64,000 nt of DNA, from NCBI GenBank assembly GCA_963813025.1, contig CAWEXO010000011.1, positions 800,001 through 864,000 on the forward strand, given 5' to 3'. Position 1 is the stretch's first letter; every line of letters starts with the position of its first letter. This document shows positions 1-7,793 of the stretch, piece by piece. The notes beneath the pieces were generated by a model. It saw only the letters and a list, made by a program, of their open reading frames with translations. It was not told the origin of the DNA and did no database searches. The DNA is from an uncultured Verrucomicrobiae bacterium (GTDB lineage Bacteria > Verrucomicrobiota > Verrucomicrobiia > Chthoniobacterales > JAFAMB01). Position numbers and translations under genes: made by a program.

Positions 1-206
1 TTGGCATCCTGCACGCCAGTCCAAATCTGGCCCGGAGCATGGAAGTCTCGCGAAGTGTAGTACTGGGTGAGCGGTCGCCCAAAATCAAGCAGTCTTTGTC
101 CCAGAGCAAATCCAGAAGAAAAAAGCCACCAACTGATCAGTGGAACGAAGGCATACGGTTGACTTCGTCGGATCCGATATAAGGGCCCCAATGGTTTTTC
201 TACCAC
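1..206 (-). CDS. N-terminus (partial, runs off left edge) of a secreted or membrane beta-propeller sensor-domain protein, probably a two-component sensor or cyclase
   Basis: Not in the ORF track. Manual translation from GTG at 206 gives a hydrophobic signal-like segment (AFVPLISWWLFSSGFALG) then FGRPLTQYYTSRDFHAPGQIWTGVQDA, resembling the first blade of Reg_prop-type sensors. Open to the window edge. Confidence 0.6.
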   Translation of the reverse strand, partial: MVEKPLGPLYRIRRSQPYAFVPLISWWLFSSGFALGQRLLDFGRPLTQYYTSRDFHAPGQIWTGVQDA

Positions 207-360
207 GTTTGCTACCCCACATTGTAAGTCTTTCTGAAAGTCCGGCAAAGCAGGATGCTGAGAAGCGCAGCCCCAATGTGCGCTTCTTCACCTAAAGTAG
301 TAGGTGTCCGACAACGGAAACATTGGTCCACGTCTCGGTCGGATAGTATGATTCCGGTCT

Positions 361-645
361 ATGCCACAACACCCAAGACTCTGTGTGATTCAACCAGCAC
401 CAGCCGTGACCACGAGCACCGGTGCGGCTCCCTCGGCCGTATCTCCGGATATCACCTTGATCGTAAATCAAAATACCGATCAGCCAACCGGAGTTCACGT
501 TTTTGTCGGACACTCCGGTCAAAGCGACATGCAGAAGGCGGCGGACTGGAACGCGGCAGCCCCTGTGTCCAGGCAGATTGATCTCGAACAGGCGTGCAGC
601 GGCGATCACAAACCAACTCGCATCAAGATTGTTTTGGAATATTAG
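361..645 (+). CDS. hypothetical protein (94 aa)
   Basis: ATG ORF with protein-like composition, divergent from the edge gene. No recognisable motif; competes with an overlapping minus-strand ORF. Confidence 0.3.
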   Translation: MPQHPRLCVIQPAPAVTTSTGAAPSAVSPDITLIVNQNTDQPTGVHVFVGHSGQSDMQKAADWNAAAPVSRQIDLEQACSGDHKPTRIKIVLEY

Positions 646-814
646 TATACCCCGATCACCTGGTCTACAAGCAGGCGCCAGCGGGAAGCGAGCCATCCTC
701 AGGTTATCGCGGGCTCAGCCAGACGTTCGGAAGTTCCGTCCCGACCAGCTGGCCAGCTAAATCTGCAGTTCACAGTGGATCATTCATTAGAAAATCTGCT
801 CTACTATTGGTCTG

Positions 815-1273
815 ATGGATTGGCTGAAATTTGTGAACCTGGTGGCAACCGGGTTGCTTGCGTGTTTTGAGTTCGGCGCTTTTGCGTTGAATCTACCGAC
901 CTTGAGGCGGATGCCGCCGCTCGAATTGGTTGATGCGACCCAAGGTTTGGTGCGGGCCTCGGGAGGCCTGGTGCCGATCTTGAGCAGCGCGAACCTTGTT
1001 CTGGTGGGCGTCTACGCGCTGCGGTTTCAGCATCGCGGTTTTGCCAATGCGAGCGCCTGGGTCGCTTTTTTCTGTTTGTCCGTTGCTCTGGTGGTCAGCG
1101 TTTGGCTGATCATCCCGGCTTATCGCGCGATCATCGTGTGGGAACGGACCAATCCTCCTCCTGACTGGCGAAGGATCTGGGCTCAATGGGAATGGGCGCA
1201 AGGCGCAAGAGTAATGTTTCTGCTTCTCGGATATATTCTATTTTGCCTATCGGTATCGGCGCACGCGCACTGA
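815..1273 (+). CDS. DUF1772 / anthrone oxygenase-like membrane protein
   Basis: Four hydrophobic helices and C-terminal W..TNPPPDW.RIWAQWEW...AR pattern typical of DUF1772. Confidence 0.75.
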   Translation: MDWLKFVNLVATGLLACFEFGAFALNLPTLRRMPPLELVDATQGLVRASGGLVPILSSANLVLVGVYALRFQHRGFANASAWVAFFCLSVALVVSVWLIIPAYRAIIVWERTNPPPDWRRIWAQWEWAQGARVMFLLLGYILFCLSVSAHAH

Positions 1274-1287
1274 TCCAGCGCGATGCG

Positions 1288-1322
1288 AGTGCTAGTGTCA
1301 GTGCCAGTGCTAGTGCTAGTGC
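1288..1322. repeat. AGTGCY/AGTGTC hexamer tandem repeat; related tracts at ~2800-2826 (inverted), ~52619-52632 and ~56036-56050 (inverted)
   Basis: agtgct agtgtc agtgcc agtgct agtgct agtgc read directly. Confidence 0.7.
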
Positions 1323-1592
1323 ACCGTCTCACATATACCGATGATGTCGTTGCGTTCAAAATGGGCCTTCGGCAAGGCGCGAGGAGGGAGCATATCTGAA
1401 TCGATACGTGACCGAGGAGCAACAACGCCGCCGGCCCATTTTCAACGCAACCCTGTGGGCCGCGGCCAGTTGGCTGTTTTTCCGCGTTGCTCGCTCGACC
1501 CGTATGAATCCAGATATGGGCGCTTCGCTCGCGCCTTGAAAAACAGCCAACTGACCTGCGGCGACATCATCGTTATATATGAGACGGCGCAC
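1319..1592. mobile_element. MITE (non-autonomous, 274 bp), IS630-like ends
   Basis: Imperfect ~35-bp TIRs (GTGCACCGTCTCACATATACCGATGATGTCG vs reverse complement of the right end GTGCGCCGTCTCATATATAACGATGATGTCG), flanked by TA at 1317-1318 and 1593-1594, two internal hairpins, no credible ORF. Confidence 0.85.
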
Positions 1593-2656
1593 TAGTGCGG
1601 CGTAGCGTTTAAACCTGATACGGGATTGATACGACGCTCTGCTGATCGGTAGGTCCACTTAAAGGGTTTGGCCTTCATGTTATAGCGTCGGATATAGGTC
1701 ATGAGTTTTTTAGCCAAGTCTTTGACCGAACGGAAGATTCCGCGGGCGATGACGTCGCGTTGGATCTTGGAAAACCAGATCTCGACTTGGTTAAGCCATG
1801 AAGAATAGGTCGGTGTAAAATGGATCCGCACGTGGCGATGACGATCGATAAACTGCCAGACTCTGGAGGTGCGATGTGCCGAGAGATTATCTGCGATAAT
1901 GTGGATCTGCTGGCCCTCGGGAAAGCTGGCGACGATCTGTTCAAGAAAAGCAACAAACTCGGCACTGGTGTGACGAGGCACAGTTTGGCCCAGCACCTGG
2001 CCGGTTTTGGTGTTGAGCGCTGCGTAGAGCGAAAGCGTGCCGTGACGGTAGTACTCAAAACCGTGCCGCTCGGCTCTTCCGGGCGAGAGCGGCAACACTG
2101 GATCGAGCCGGTCCAGCGCTTGGATGGCGCTCTTTTCGTCGACGCAGAAAACTGCGGCATTGACCGGAGGCTTCAGATACAAACCAATGATATCAGCAGC
2201 CTTGGTTTCAAAATCCGGGTCGTCGCTGGCCATGTAGCGGCGCAGGCGGTGCGGCTGCAGTCCGGCTTTGGCCAGAACACGGGCGACTCGGGTATGGTTG
2301 GTGCCAAGTTCGGCCGCCAACTTCCGAGTACTCCAGTGCGTCGAGCCATCCGTGGGTTTATGTCGGGCCGCGGCCAAAATCTGAGCTTCGAGCTTGGCGC
2401 TCTGTTGGCTGGCTACCTTGCCACGATGACGACTGAAAAGACCTGCCAAACGTTCCTCCATAAAGCGCTTCAGCCAAAGTCGCACGGTGTTGATGCTGCA
2501 TCCCAGTTGCCGACTTACCGCCCATTGCGATCTGCCGCTAGCAATCAAGAGGACAATCTTGGCTCGCTGCGCCTCCTCTGCTCGCCCGCTACGGGATCGG
2601 ACCCGCTGCCTAAGTCGTCGACGTTCTGGCGGAGAAAGAACCAATCGTTTTAACAC
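1592..2656 (-). CDS. IS630 family transposase
   Basis: N-terminal HTH, HWSTRKLA, DDE triad contexts VDEKSAIQ / IADNLSAH / WLNQVEIWF. Confidence 0.97.
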   Translation of the reverse strand: MLKRLVLSPPERRRLRQRVRSRSGRAEEAQRAKIVLLIASGRSQWAVSRQLGCSINTVRLWLKRFMEERLAGLFSRHRGKVASQQSAKLEAQILAAARHKPTDGSTHWSTRKLAAELGTNHTRVARVLAKAGLQPHRLRRYMASDDPDFETKAADIIGLYLKPPVNAAVFCVDEKSAIQALDRLDPVLPLSPGRAERHGFEYYRHGTLSLYAALNTKTGQVLGQTVPRHTSAEFVAFLEQIVASFPEGQQIHIIADNLSAHRTSRVWQFIDRHRHVRIHFTPTYSSWLNQVEIWFSKIQRDVIARGIFRSVKDLAKKLMTYIRRYNMKAKPFKWTYRSAERRINPVSGLNATPH

Positions 2657-2705
2657 TCCTTTTTGCTAGCAGATCATCATATCAGAAGTCAATGCTACAA
2701 TGCAC
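1595..2705 (-). mobile_element. IS630-family insertion sequence
   Basis: Imperfect TIRs GTGCGGCGTAGCGTTTAAACCTGATA / GTGCATTGTAGCATTGACTTCTGATA, TA on both sides within CTAG, single transposase ORF. Confidence 0.92.
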
Positions 2706-2905
2706 TAGTGCCCCCCGTTGGATCAGTGCGATCGCAAATCAAAAAGGGAAACAAAGGATGCGGAGAGCGGATTGCTGACAACTGTGAGCTGCCGCGCTCG
2801 CTGGCACTGATACTGACACCGGCACTTTAATGTCTGTATCTCGAGAAAAAGCTGGCAATTGATTTCCGCGCCTGCCTTTAGTCGAGCTGGACAACCTACA
2901 AAACC

Positions 2906-3040
2906 ATGTTCATCGCTTTATCGCCGTTGATAGCTCTGATTGCCGGGATCCTGATCCTGATCATCCCGCGACTTTTGAATTACATCGTCGCGTTCTATCT
3001 GATTCTCGTGGGGATTCTTGGATTATTTCCCCATAGGTGA
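2906..3040 (+). CDS. DUF3096 small membrane protein (44 aa)
   Basis: Below the ORF track cutoff. Manual translation MFIALSPLIALIAGILILIIPRLLNYIVAFYLILVGILGLFPHR matches the DUF3096 pattern GILIL..PRLLNYIVA.YLI. Confidence 0.88.
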   Translation: MFIALSPLIALIAGILILIIPRLLNYIVAFYLILVGILGLFPHR

Positions 3041-3043
3041 CTG

Positions 3044-3102
3044 GTAGGATAGGCTTCCAGATTGTCAGTCCAACCGCCGACCGGCAAAGGCGCCGATCCT
3101 AC
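3044..3102. repeat. GTAG-type REP-like pair
   Basis: gtaggataggcttccagattgtcagt ... gatcctac; the same motif recurs inverted at ~13944-13970 and ~14425-14451. Confidence 0.5.
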
Positions 3103-3210
3103 GCGCCGTCGAGAACCGCCCAAGAGAGCGTTTTGCTCCTACTCCTAAAGTGGGATAGCATATCCAGTGTTGCCGTGGTTGATTGGTAGAGGCGACCAGC
3201 TACAGGGTTT

Positions 3211-3432
3211 ATGAACGCAATTTGCAAAACGACAGTTTATTCGAGCGAGACACCGGAACAGGTCAGACCGGTGCAGCTCAAACGGCCAGTTAAGAGTGAC
3301 AAGAAAGAGCGCCGGTTGCGGATGGTACCTGGAGCTATCGTTTGGGAACATACCAGCTTCGTCGTGACGGTGGGTTTGATCGCGTGTCTGGTGGTGTATT
3401 GCTTTGCTTTCACAGTTCTCGCGATGTTCTAA
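3211..3432 (+). CDS. small hypothetical membrane protein
   Basis: 73-aa ATG ORF with a C-terminal transmembrane helix. Confidence 0.55.
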   Translation: MNAICKTTVYSSETPEQVRPVQLKRPVKSDKKERRLRMVPGAIVWEHTSFVVTVGLIACLVVYCFAFTVLAMF

Positions 3433-3479
3433 ATTGAGCAATGGCTTTATCGCACGGCGCAATTTCGGACATGGAACGC

Positions 3480-3639
3480 TTTGGAGTGCGTGCGACTTGC
3501 CGCCGCTTTGAGATCGCGCGGAGCGCGGCCGGTCAATAAGCCAAATCTTTTCGCCACTCGACACTTCGTGATGCCGTCCTCGGCTTGTGCCGCGCTCCGC
3601 GCGGATCCTAAAGCGGCGACAAGCCGCACGCACTCCAAA
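3480..3639. repeat. REP/REPIN-like palindrome
   Basis: tttggagtgcgtgcgacttgccgccgcttt ... aaagcggcgacaagccgcacgcactccaaa arms, extended by inner cgcgcggagcgcggc / gccgcgctccgcgcg. Confidence 0.8.
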
Positions 3640-3703
3640 ATCTCCTGATCAGCTACTTCGGGTTCTTTCTTGCGTTCGCTCGCGGATCGTCGGAAATGCT
3701 GTT

Positions 3704-4081
3704 ATGGTCAAAAAACTCCTCCATACCCGCTATCGCGTTTCCAATCTGGAAAAGACGGTCAATTTTTATAAAGACGTTCTTGGGCTGCAAGAGGCCAGCC
3801 GTCACACTTCGCCGCGTGGGTCGAAGTTGGTGTTTCTGAGGGTGCCCGGGAACGAGGAAGAGATTGAGATTTGTCAGTTTGACGAAAGTGGCCCGGTCAA
3901 CGTCGGAAACGATATTACTCACCTGGCGTTTGAGGTGGATGATCTGGAAAAGTTTGCCAAAGAAGCCGAAAAGAAGGGGTATCCGCTTTCGGACGGTCCC
4001 ACGAAGACTGCTTCGGGCGGTATTATCGGCTTTATCGATGCGCCCGAGGGTTATGAGATAGAGCTGATCCAGCGCGGATAA
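3704..4081 (+). CDS. gloA: VOC family protein / lactoylglutathione lyase (glyoxalase I)
   Basis: LLHTRYRVSNLEKTVNFY..LG, HLAFEVDD, FIDAPEGYEIELI; start moved to ATG 3704. Confidence 0.85.
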   Translation: MVKKLLHTRYRVSNLEKTVNFYKDVLGLQEASRHTSPRGSKLVFLRVPGNEEEIEICQFDESGPVNVGNDITHLAFEVDDLEKFAKEAEKKGYPLSDGPTKTASGGIIGFIDAPEGYEIELIQRG

Positions 4082-4764
4082 GTTCCTGATAATTCTTCGG
4101 CACACACGTCCGGAGCGGAGCGGACTGAGGTCGAGTGGTCAGTGGGTTCAGGCGGCGCTGGCGCCGCCTGAAGCTTGAACCCAGCGTGACAGGCGCTGAG
4201 TTTTTCCCCGAGTTCTTCCGAGAGAGTCTGCGCGAGATAATCGGCGTGTCTCTGCTGGAGTCCGGCCGCATCAATTCCTTCCGCGTAAAAGTTGCCCATC
4301 AAGGAATGATCCGTAAAAACTCCGTTGGCCTGTGGATCTGTCCGGTTTTTGGCATTGGGATCGACATATTCGTCTCTTAGACCAAGGGCGTGACCGACTT
4401 CATGGGCGCGAACCACTGGCGACGAATTGACATACCAATTGGTCAGGTTACTCCGCCCGGAACCTGGATGCAGCGTGACTTCCAGGTCAGAGTGGCCGCC
4501 CGAAAACTCGGGGATCACCTTTAATGCTCGTGCGTTTCCCGCGGTGTCCTCAAAGACGTATTGGCGGTTAAATATCCGTTCGACTGCTTGCCTGGTCTCG
4601 GCCCGAACTTTCAGCGTATCGTTCAACGATACGCCATGCTCAGGCTTGAGATGAATTCTTACCCGCAGGGCCGCTTCGTCGTCGCTTGCCCGGGCAGCGT
4701 AAGCGGCGGTCCAGTGGAAGGGTTCATCTTCGATTTTCCGTTTGATCGGTATTTCCTCGTGCAT
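4051..4764 (-). CDS. zinc metallopeptidase (metzincin-like)
   Basis: AHEVGHALGLRDEY motif and downstream SLMG Met-turn. The C-terminal tail overlaps the gloA end, so the true stop is uncertain. Confidence 0.75.
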   Translation of the reverse strand: MHEEIPIKRKIEDEPFHWTAAYAARASDDEAALRVRIHLKPEHGVSLNDTLKVRAETRQAVERIFNRQYVFEDTAGNARALKVIPEFSGGHSDLEVTLHPGSGRSNLTNWYVNSSPVVRAHEVGHALGLRDEYVDPNAKNRTDPQANGVFTDHSLMGNFYAEGIDAAGLQQRHADYLAQTLSEELGEKLSACHAGFKLQAAPAPPEPTDHSTSVRSAPDVCAEELSGTYPRWISSIS

Positions 4765-4777
4765 GAGAAGCTACCAC

Positions 4778-5206
4778 TTAGAAACGAACCTTGCCGCGGG
4801 AGATCTCGCTCGCCGAGGCCTCGAAGAATTCGACAAGCCTGCGGAGCGCCGGTCTTTCGGTTTGATCGTTCGTCCAGTACGCGCCGGTCCAGAGGTTAGT
4901 ACCCCGGCCAAACTCAAGAATAATTTTCTCTTCTCCGGCAACGGGCGACCGGTTGGTTTGGGCGATCTTCGATGGCTCGTGATTGGATAGTTCCTGTGCG
5001 AGCCAGAATTGCTTATCCGACGAGAGCTTGCCCGCGTAACTGGCCATCTCTTCGCCTTGAGCAAACTCCACCCGCACCTGGCCGGACCCCTTGATCTCTA
5101 CGACGGTGCGTCCGCTAAAGCCTGGATTGCCAGTTGTGAAACGAAATAAAGTAAACGGCAAATGCCTGGTCGATTGGGCCGGTTGTTTCTTCGGTAAGTC
5201 AGGCAT
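4778..5206 (-). CDS. hypothetical protein, co-oriented directly upstream of the peptidase
   Basis: Globular-looking ORF ending 13 nt before the peptidase start; start may be 5206 or 5242. Confidence 0.65.
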   Translation of the reverse strand: MPDLPKKQPAQSTRHLPFTLFRFTTGNPGFSGRTVVEIKGSGQVRVEFAQGEEMASYAGKLSSDKQFWLAQELSNHEPSKIAQTNRSPVAGEEKIILEFGRGTNLWTGAYWTNDQTERPALRRLVEFFEASASEISRGKVRF

Positions 5207-5374
5207 GGGAAAGAGTGAGATTAATTCCAAAGAAAAATCCAAGCCATAACCAGACCGCTCGAAAAATATTATAGCATTTCATGTGAATGTTTGGAATGCG
5301 CTCAGAATAGGTGAAGGAATACGTAATGCAACTAGAAAACTATATGTATTTACTGTTGATGCTTTTTACCCTGG

Positions 5375-5685
5375 TGGCGCAGGGAAATTTGTACCAGGAG
5401 CACCGAAGGATCGGGCGCGGCGACGACTTAAGGGGGCATAGCAACTTTGGCGCCCGGCTCGAACAAGTATTGCCGGAGGCTCCTCCTTCGCTAAAGCTTC
5501 GGCGGACGCCTCAGATAAATTTCGCCCTACCGAAACAGGGCCAATAACGTTGCGAGACAGCCTCTTCATTCGAGCAGCTTTCGGCTTGTTGGCGCGAAGG
5601 ATGAGTGCGGTAGGACGAGCTCCGCTAGTCCAGATCGAGGCGTGGCCTGCACGCAGCCGGTCAAGCGGGAGCTTGACCCTACCGA
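5375..5685. repeat. cluster of REP-like elements, including a 31-bp motif identical to 18779-18809
   Basis: aggctcctccttcgctaaagcttcggcggac at 5477-5507; gataaatttcgccctacc also at ~14256-14274; ggtaggacgagctcc...ggagcttgaccctacc hairpin. Confidence 0.7.
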
Positions 5686-5788
5686 ACTTTGAGTGTTGTG
5701 AGACGATCTCTGAATTCTCGCTTACCGGTAGAGGGCGAGAAATACTTTCTCAAATTTTGGCCGTCGGGCGCAGAAGATCCCGCGAAAA

Positions 5789-7084
5789 TCAACGATTTCC
5801 CGCGAAAAGTCGGTAGACCGTGCCGCTAAAGTCGTCGGAAATCAGCAGAGCGCCATCCGCCCCTGGTTTCACGTCTACCGGGCGGCCCCATGCGCGCTGA
5901 GATCTCTCATCCAACCAGCCGGTGACCAGATCGACCTGGTCGCCGGGCCGACCATTCACCCAGGGAAAGAAAACGACCTTGTAGCCCGTCTTCACCGATC
6001 TGTCCCATGATCCATGATAGGCCATCACGACCCCATTGCGGATTGAATCCGGTGCTTTGGTTCCCTGCAGAAAGGCAATGCCCAGGACTGCGGAGTGCGC
6101 CTGGATGCCTTTATCCGTCCGCGTGAATTTGCTTGCCGGAAAACGACTCCAGCCGGGATTCGTATCGTAATCAGGATCCAACGGCATGTTGTCCAGACCG
6201 CTGGGAGTATCCGGATCAGGATTGGCAAAAGGCCAGCCGTAATCGGCTCCGTCCTTTACATGGATAAATTGGTCGGGCGGATGGTTATCGATGTACCCGG
6301 TGATCCGGCGACCATAATCGTCGGAGCCGCTGCCCTGCCAGCTCCGGCGAAAGGGATACCGAATGTCGTCCCGTTCGTTGACTGCGGCCCAAAGTTGATT
6401 TGTTCCTGGGACAAAGGCCAAACCCTCGGCGTTGCGGATGCCGCGGGCGAAGATCCGTCCATTACGTCCGTCAAGATCGTACTGGTAGATCGCGCAACGT
6501 ACGGGGTCGCTCGTCACATCTTTTGGATCCGCATTGGAAGAGGATGCGATGTCCACATAGAATTTGTTTTCGGGACCGATGGTCAGATTCTTTAACTCGT
6601 GCCCATAAAAACCTCCCAGCTCGGGGCTGCTGCTATCCGGCAAATTCGGCACAATCACTACTCGGTCGCCGGCTATCTGATAATCGCCGGAAAGGGTGTA
6701 TCGGCTAACCTTGTTAGATTCGCCAACGTACAGTTCAACCTTCCCGCCGTCGTTGTGTAGCTCCATTCCCTGCGGATGGCGAAGTCCCGCGATGAGGGTT
6801 TTCTCCGCGCCGTTCAGTTGGACCAGAATTATTCGACCGGTTGATGGTTGGGAAACCAGGAAAGCTCCGTTCGCTAGCGGGCGCAGAAAGCGCGCCCGAG
6901 GGACACGAGCCGCCACCGTGATCCGGAACCCGGTCGGAATGTTCAGGATCCGTTTCTCCCGAAAAACGCCCTCGCGAAAGGCGGGAGGCACCTCCACCAC
7001 AGCGGATACCAGGGACATTGCCGCGGCGCCGAGCGAGGTCATGATCAACACGAGGGAAGCGAGAAAGCAAACGGGAGAAGGCAT
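5789..7084 (-). CDS. PQQ-dependent glucose/sorbosone dehydrogenase family protein
   Basis: Signal peptide, GIRNAEGLAF, VNERD, DYGWPF, HSAVLG, YHGSWDRS, WGRPVDV, LLISDD. Confidence 0.9.
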   Translation of the reverse strand: MPSPVCFLASLVLIMTSLGAAAMSLVSAVVEVPPAFREGVFREKRILNIPTGFRITVAARVPRARFLRPLANGAFLVSQPSTGRIILVQLNGAEKTLIAGLRHPQGMELHNDGGKVELYVGESNKVSRYTLSGDYQIAGDRVVIVPNLPDSSSPELGGFYGHELKNLTIGPENKFYVDIASSSNADPKDVTSDPVRCAIYQYDLDGRNGRIFARGIRNAEGLAFVPGTNQLWAAVNERDDIRYPFRRSWQGSGSDDYGRRITGYIDNHPPDQFIHVKDGADYGWPFANPDPDTPSGLDNMPLDPDYDTNPGWSRFPASKFTRTDKGIQAHSAVLGIAFLQGTKAPDSIRNGVVMAYHGSWDRSVKTGYKVVFFPWVNGRPGDQVDLVTGWLDERSQRAWGRPVDVKPGADGALLISDDFSGTVYRLFAGNR

Positions 7085-7330
7085 AACGTCAAAATATACC
7101 TCGGACGGGTAAGTTACAGGTTTCGATTTTCGAGTACTAACTCTTCTCATGTACGCACATTTCGATCGCGGCGACTTGATAGACTGGCTGCTTTTGAGCG
7201 TCGCCGGCGTAGCTACTCTGCTTTTTCTCGCCAGTTAACCGCGAGCTATCCCGCTTCGGAGCCGGAGGGGTGAATTCTCAGCGCGCCGGTTAACGCATAG
7301 ACGATGCCGGTTTTTCTTTTATCTTCCGCC

Positions 7331-7768
7331 ATGAAGGCAATTGCCTGCTTACTGTTAGCAGGGCTGTTGGCCGTGCATTGGTCCACTGCCTCGGCGGCCG
7401 AAACCCGGTCAATCACGGGCCTGTGGAAAAACGCGGATGCCACCTTTGATATCTTTAATGATAGCGGAAAGATTGCGGCAAGGATCATCAGCCTGCGAGA
7501 ACCAAAAACGCCTGAGGGGAAGCCGAAGACAGATATTCACAACCCCGATGCGACGAAACACGATCGCCCCCTGATCGGCCTCGTCTTTATGAGCGGGTTT
7601 GTCCCCGCCGGGACCGGGAAATGGGATCACGGGACGATTTATGATCCCAAGACCGGCAATACCTATTCTTGCAACATGGAGTTGGAGGATGCGAACAGGC
7701 TTAAAGTGCGCGGTTACATCGCGATCTCGCTGATTGGCCGGACCGACATATGGACCCGAGTCCAGTGA
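7331..7768 (+). CDS. DUF2147 domain-containing secreted protein
   Basis: Signal peptide, D.HNPD..K..RPLIGL, GTIYDPKTGNTY, LKVRGYI.ISLIGRT.IWTRV. Confidence 0.92.
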   Translation: MKAIACLLLAGLLAVHWSTASAAETRSITGLWKNADATFDIFNDSGKIAARIISLREPKTPEGKPKTDIHNPDATKHDRPLIGLVFMSGFVPAGTGKWDHGTIYDPKTGNTYSCNMELEDANRLKVRGYIAISLIGRTDIWTRVQ

Positions 7769-7793
7769 GGCGGGGTTTTCCAGGAGTGTCGGA

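Noticed and set aside
292..696. 134-aa minus-strand ORF
   Set aside because: No motif, Arg/Trp-rich shadow-like composition, and it overlaps an alternative plus-strand ORF.
1820..2653. Long antisense ORFs (here and at 15285-16166, 22212-23063, 25219-25953, 50116-50871)
   Set aside because: They lie opposite well-supported genes, as expected from codon bias in GC-rich DNA.
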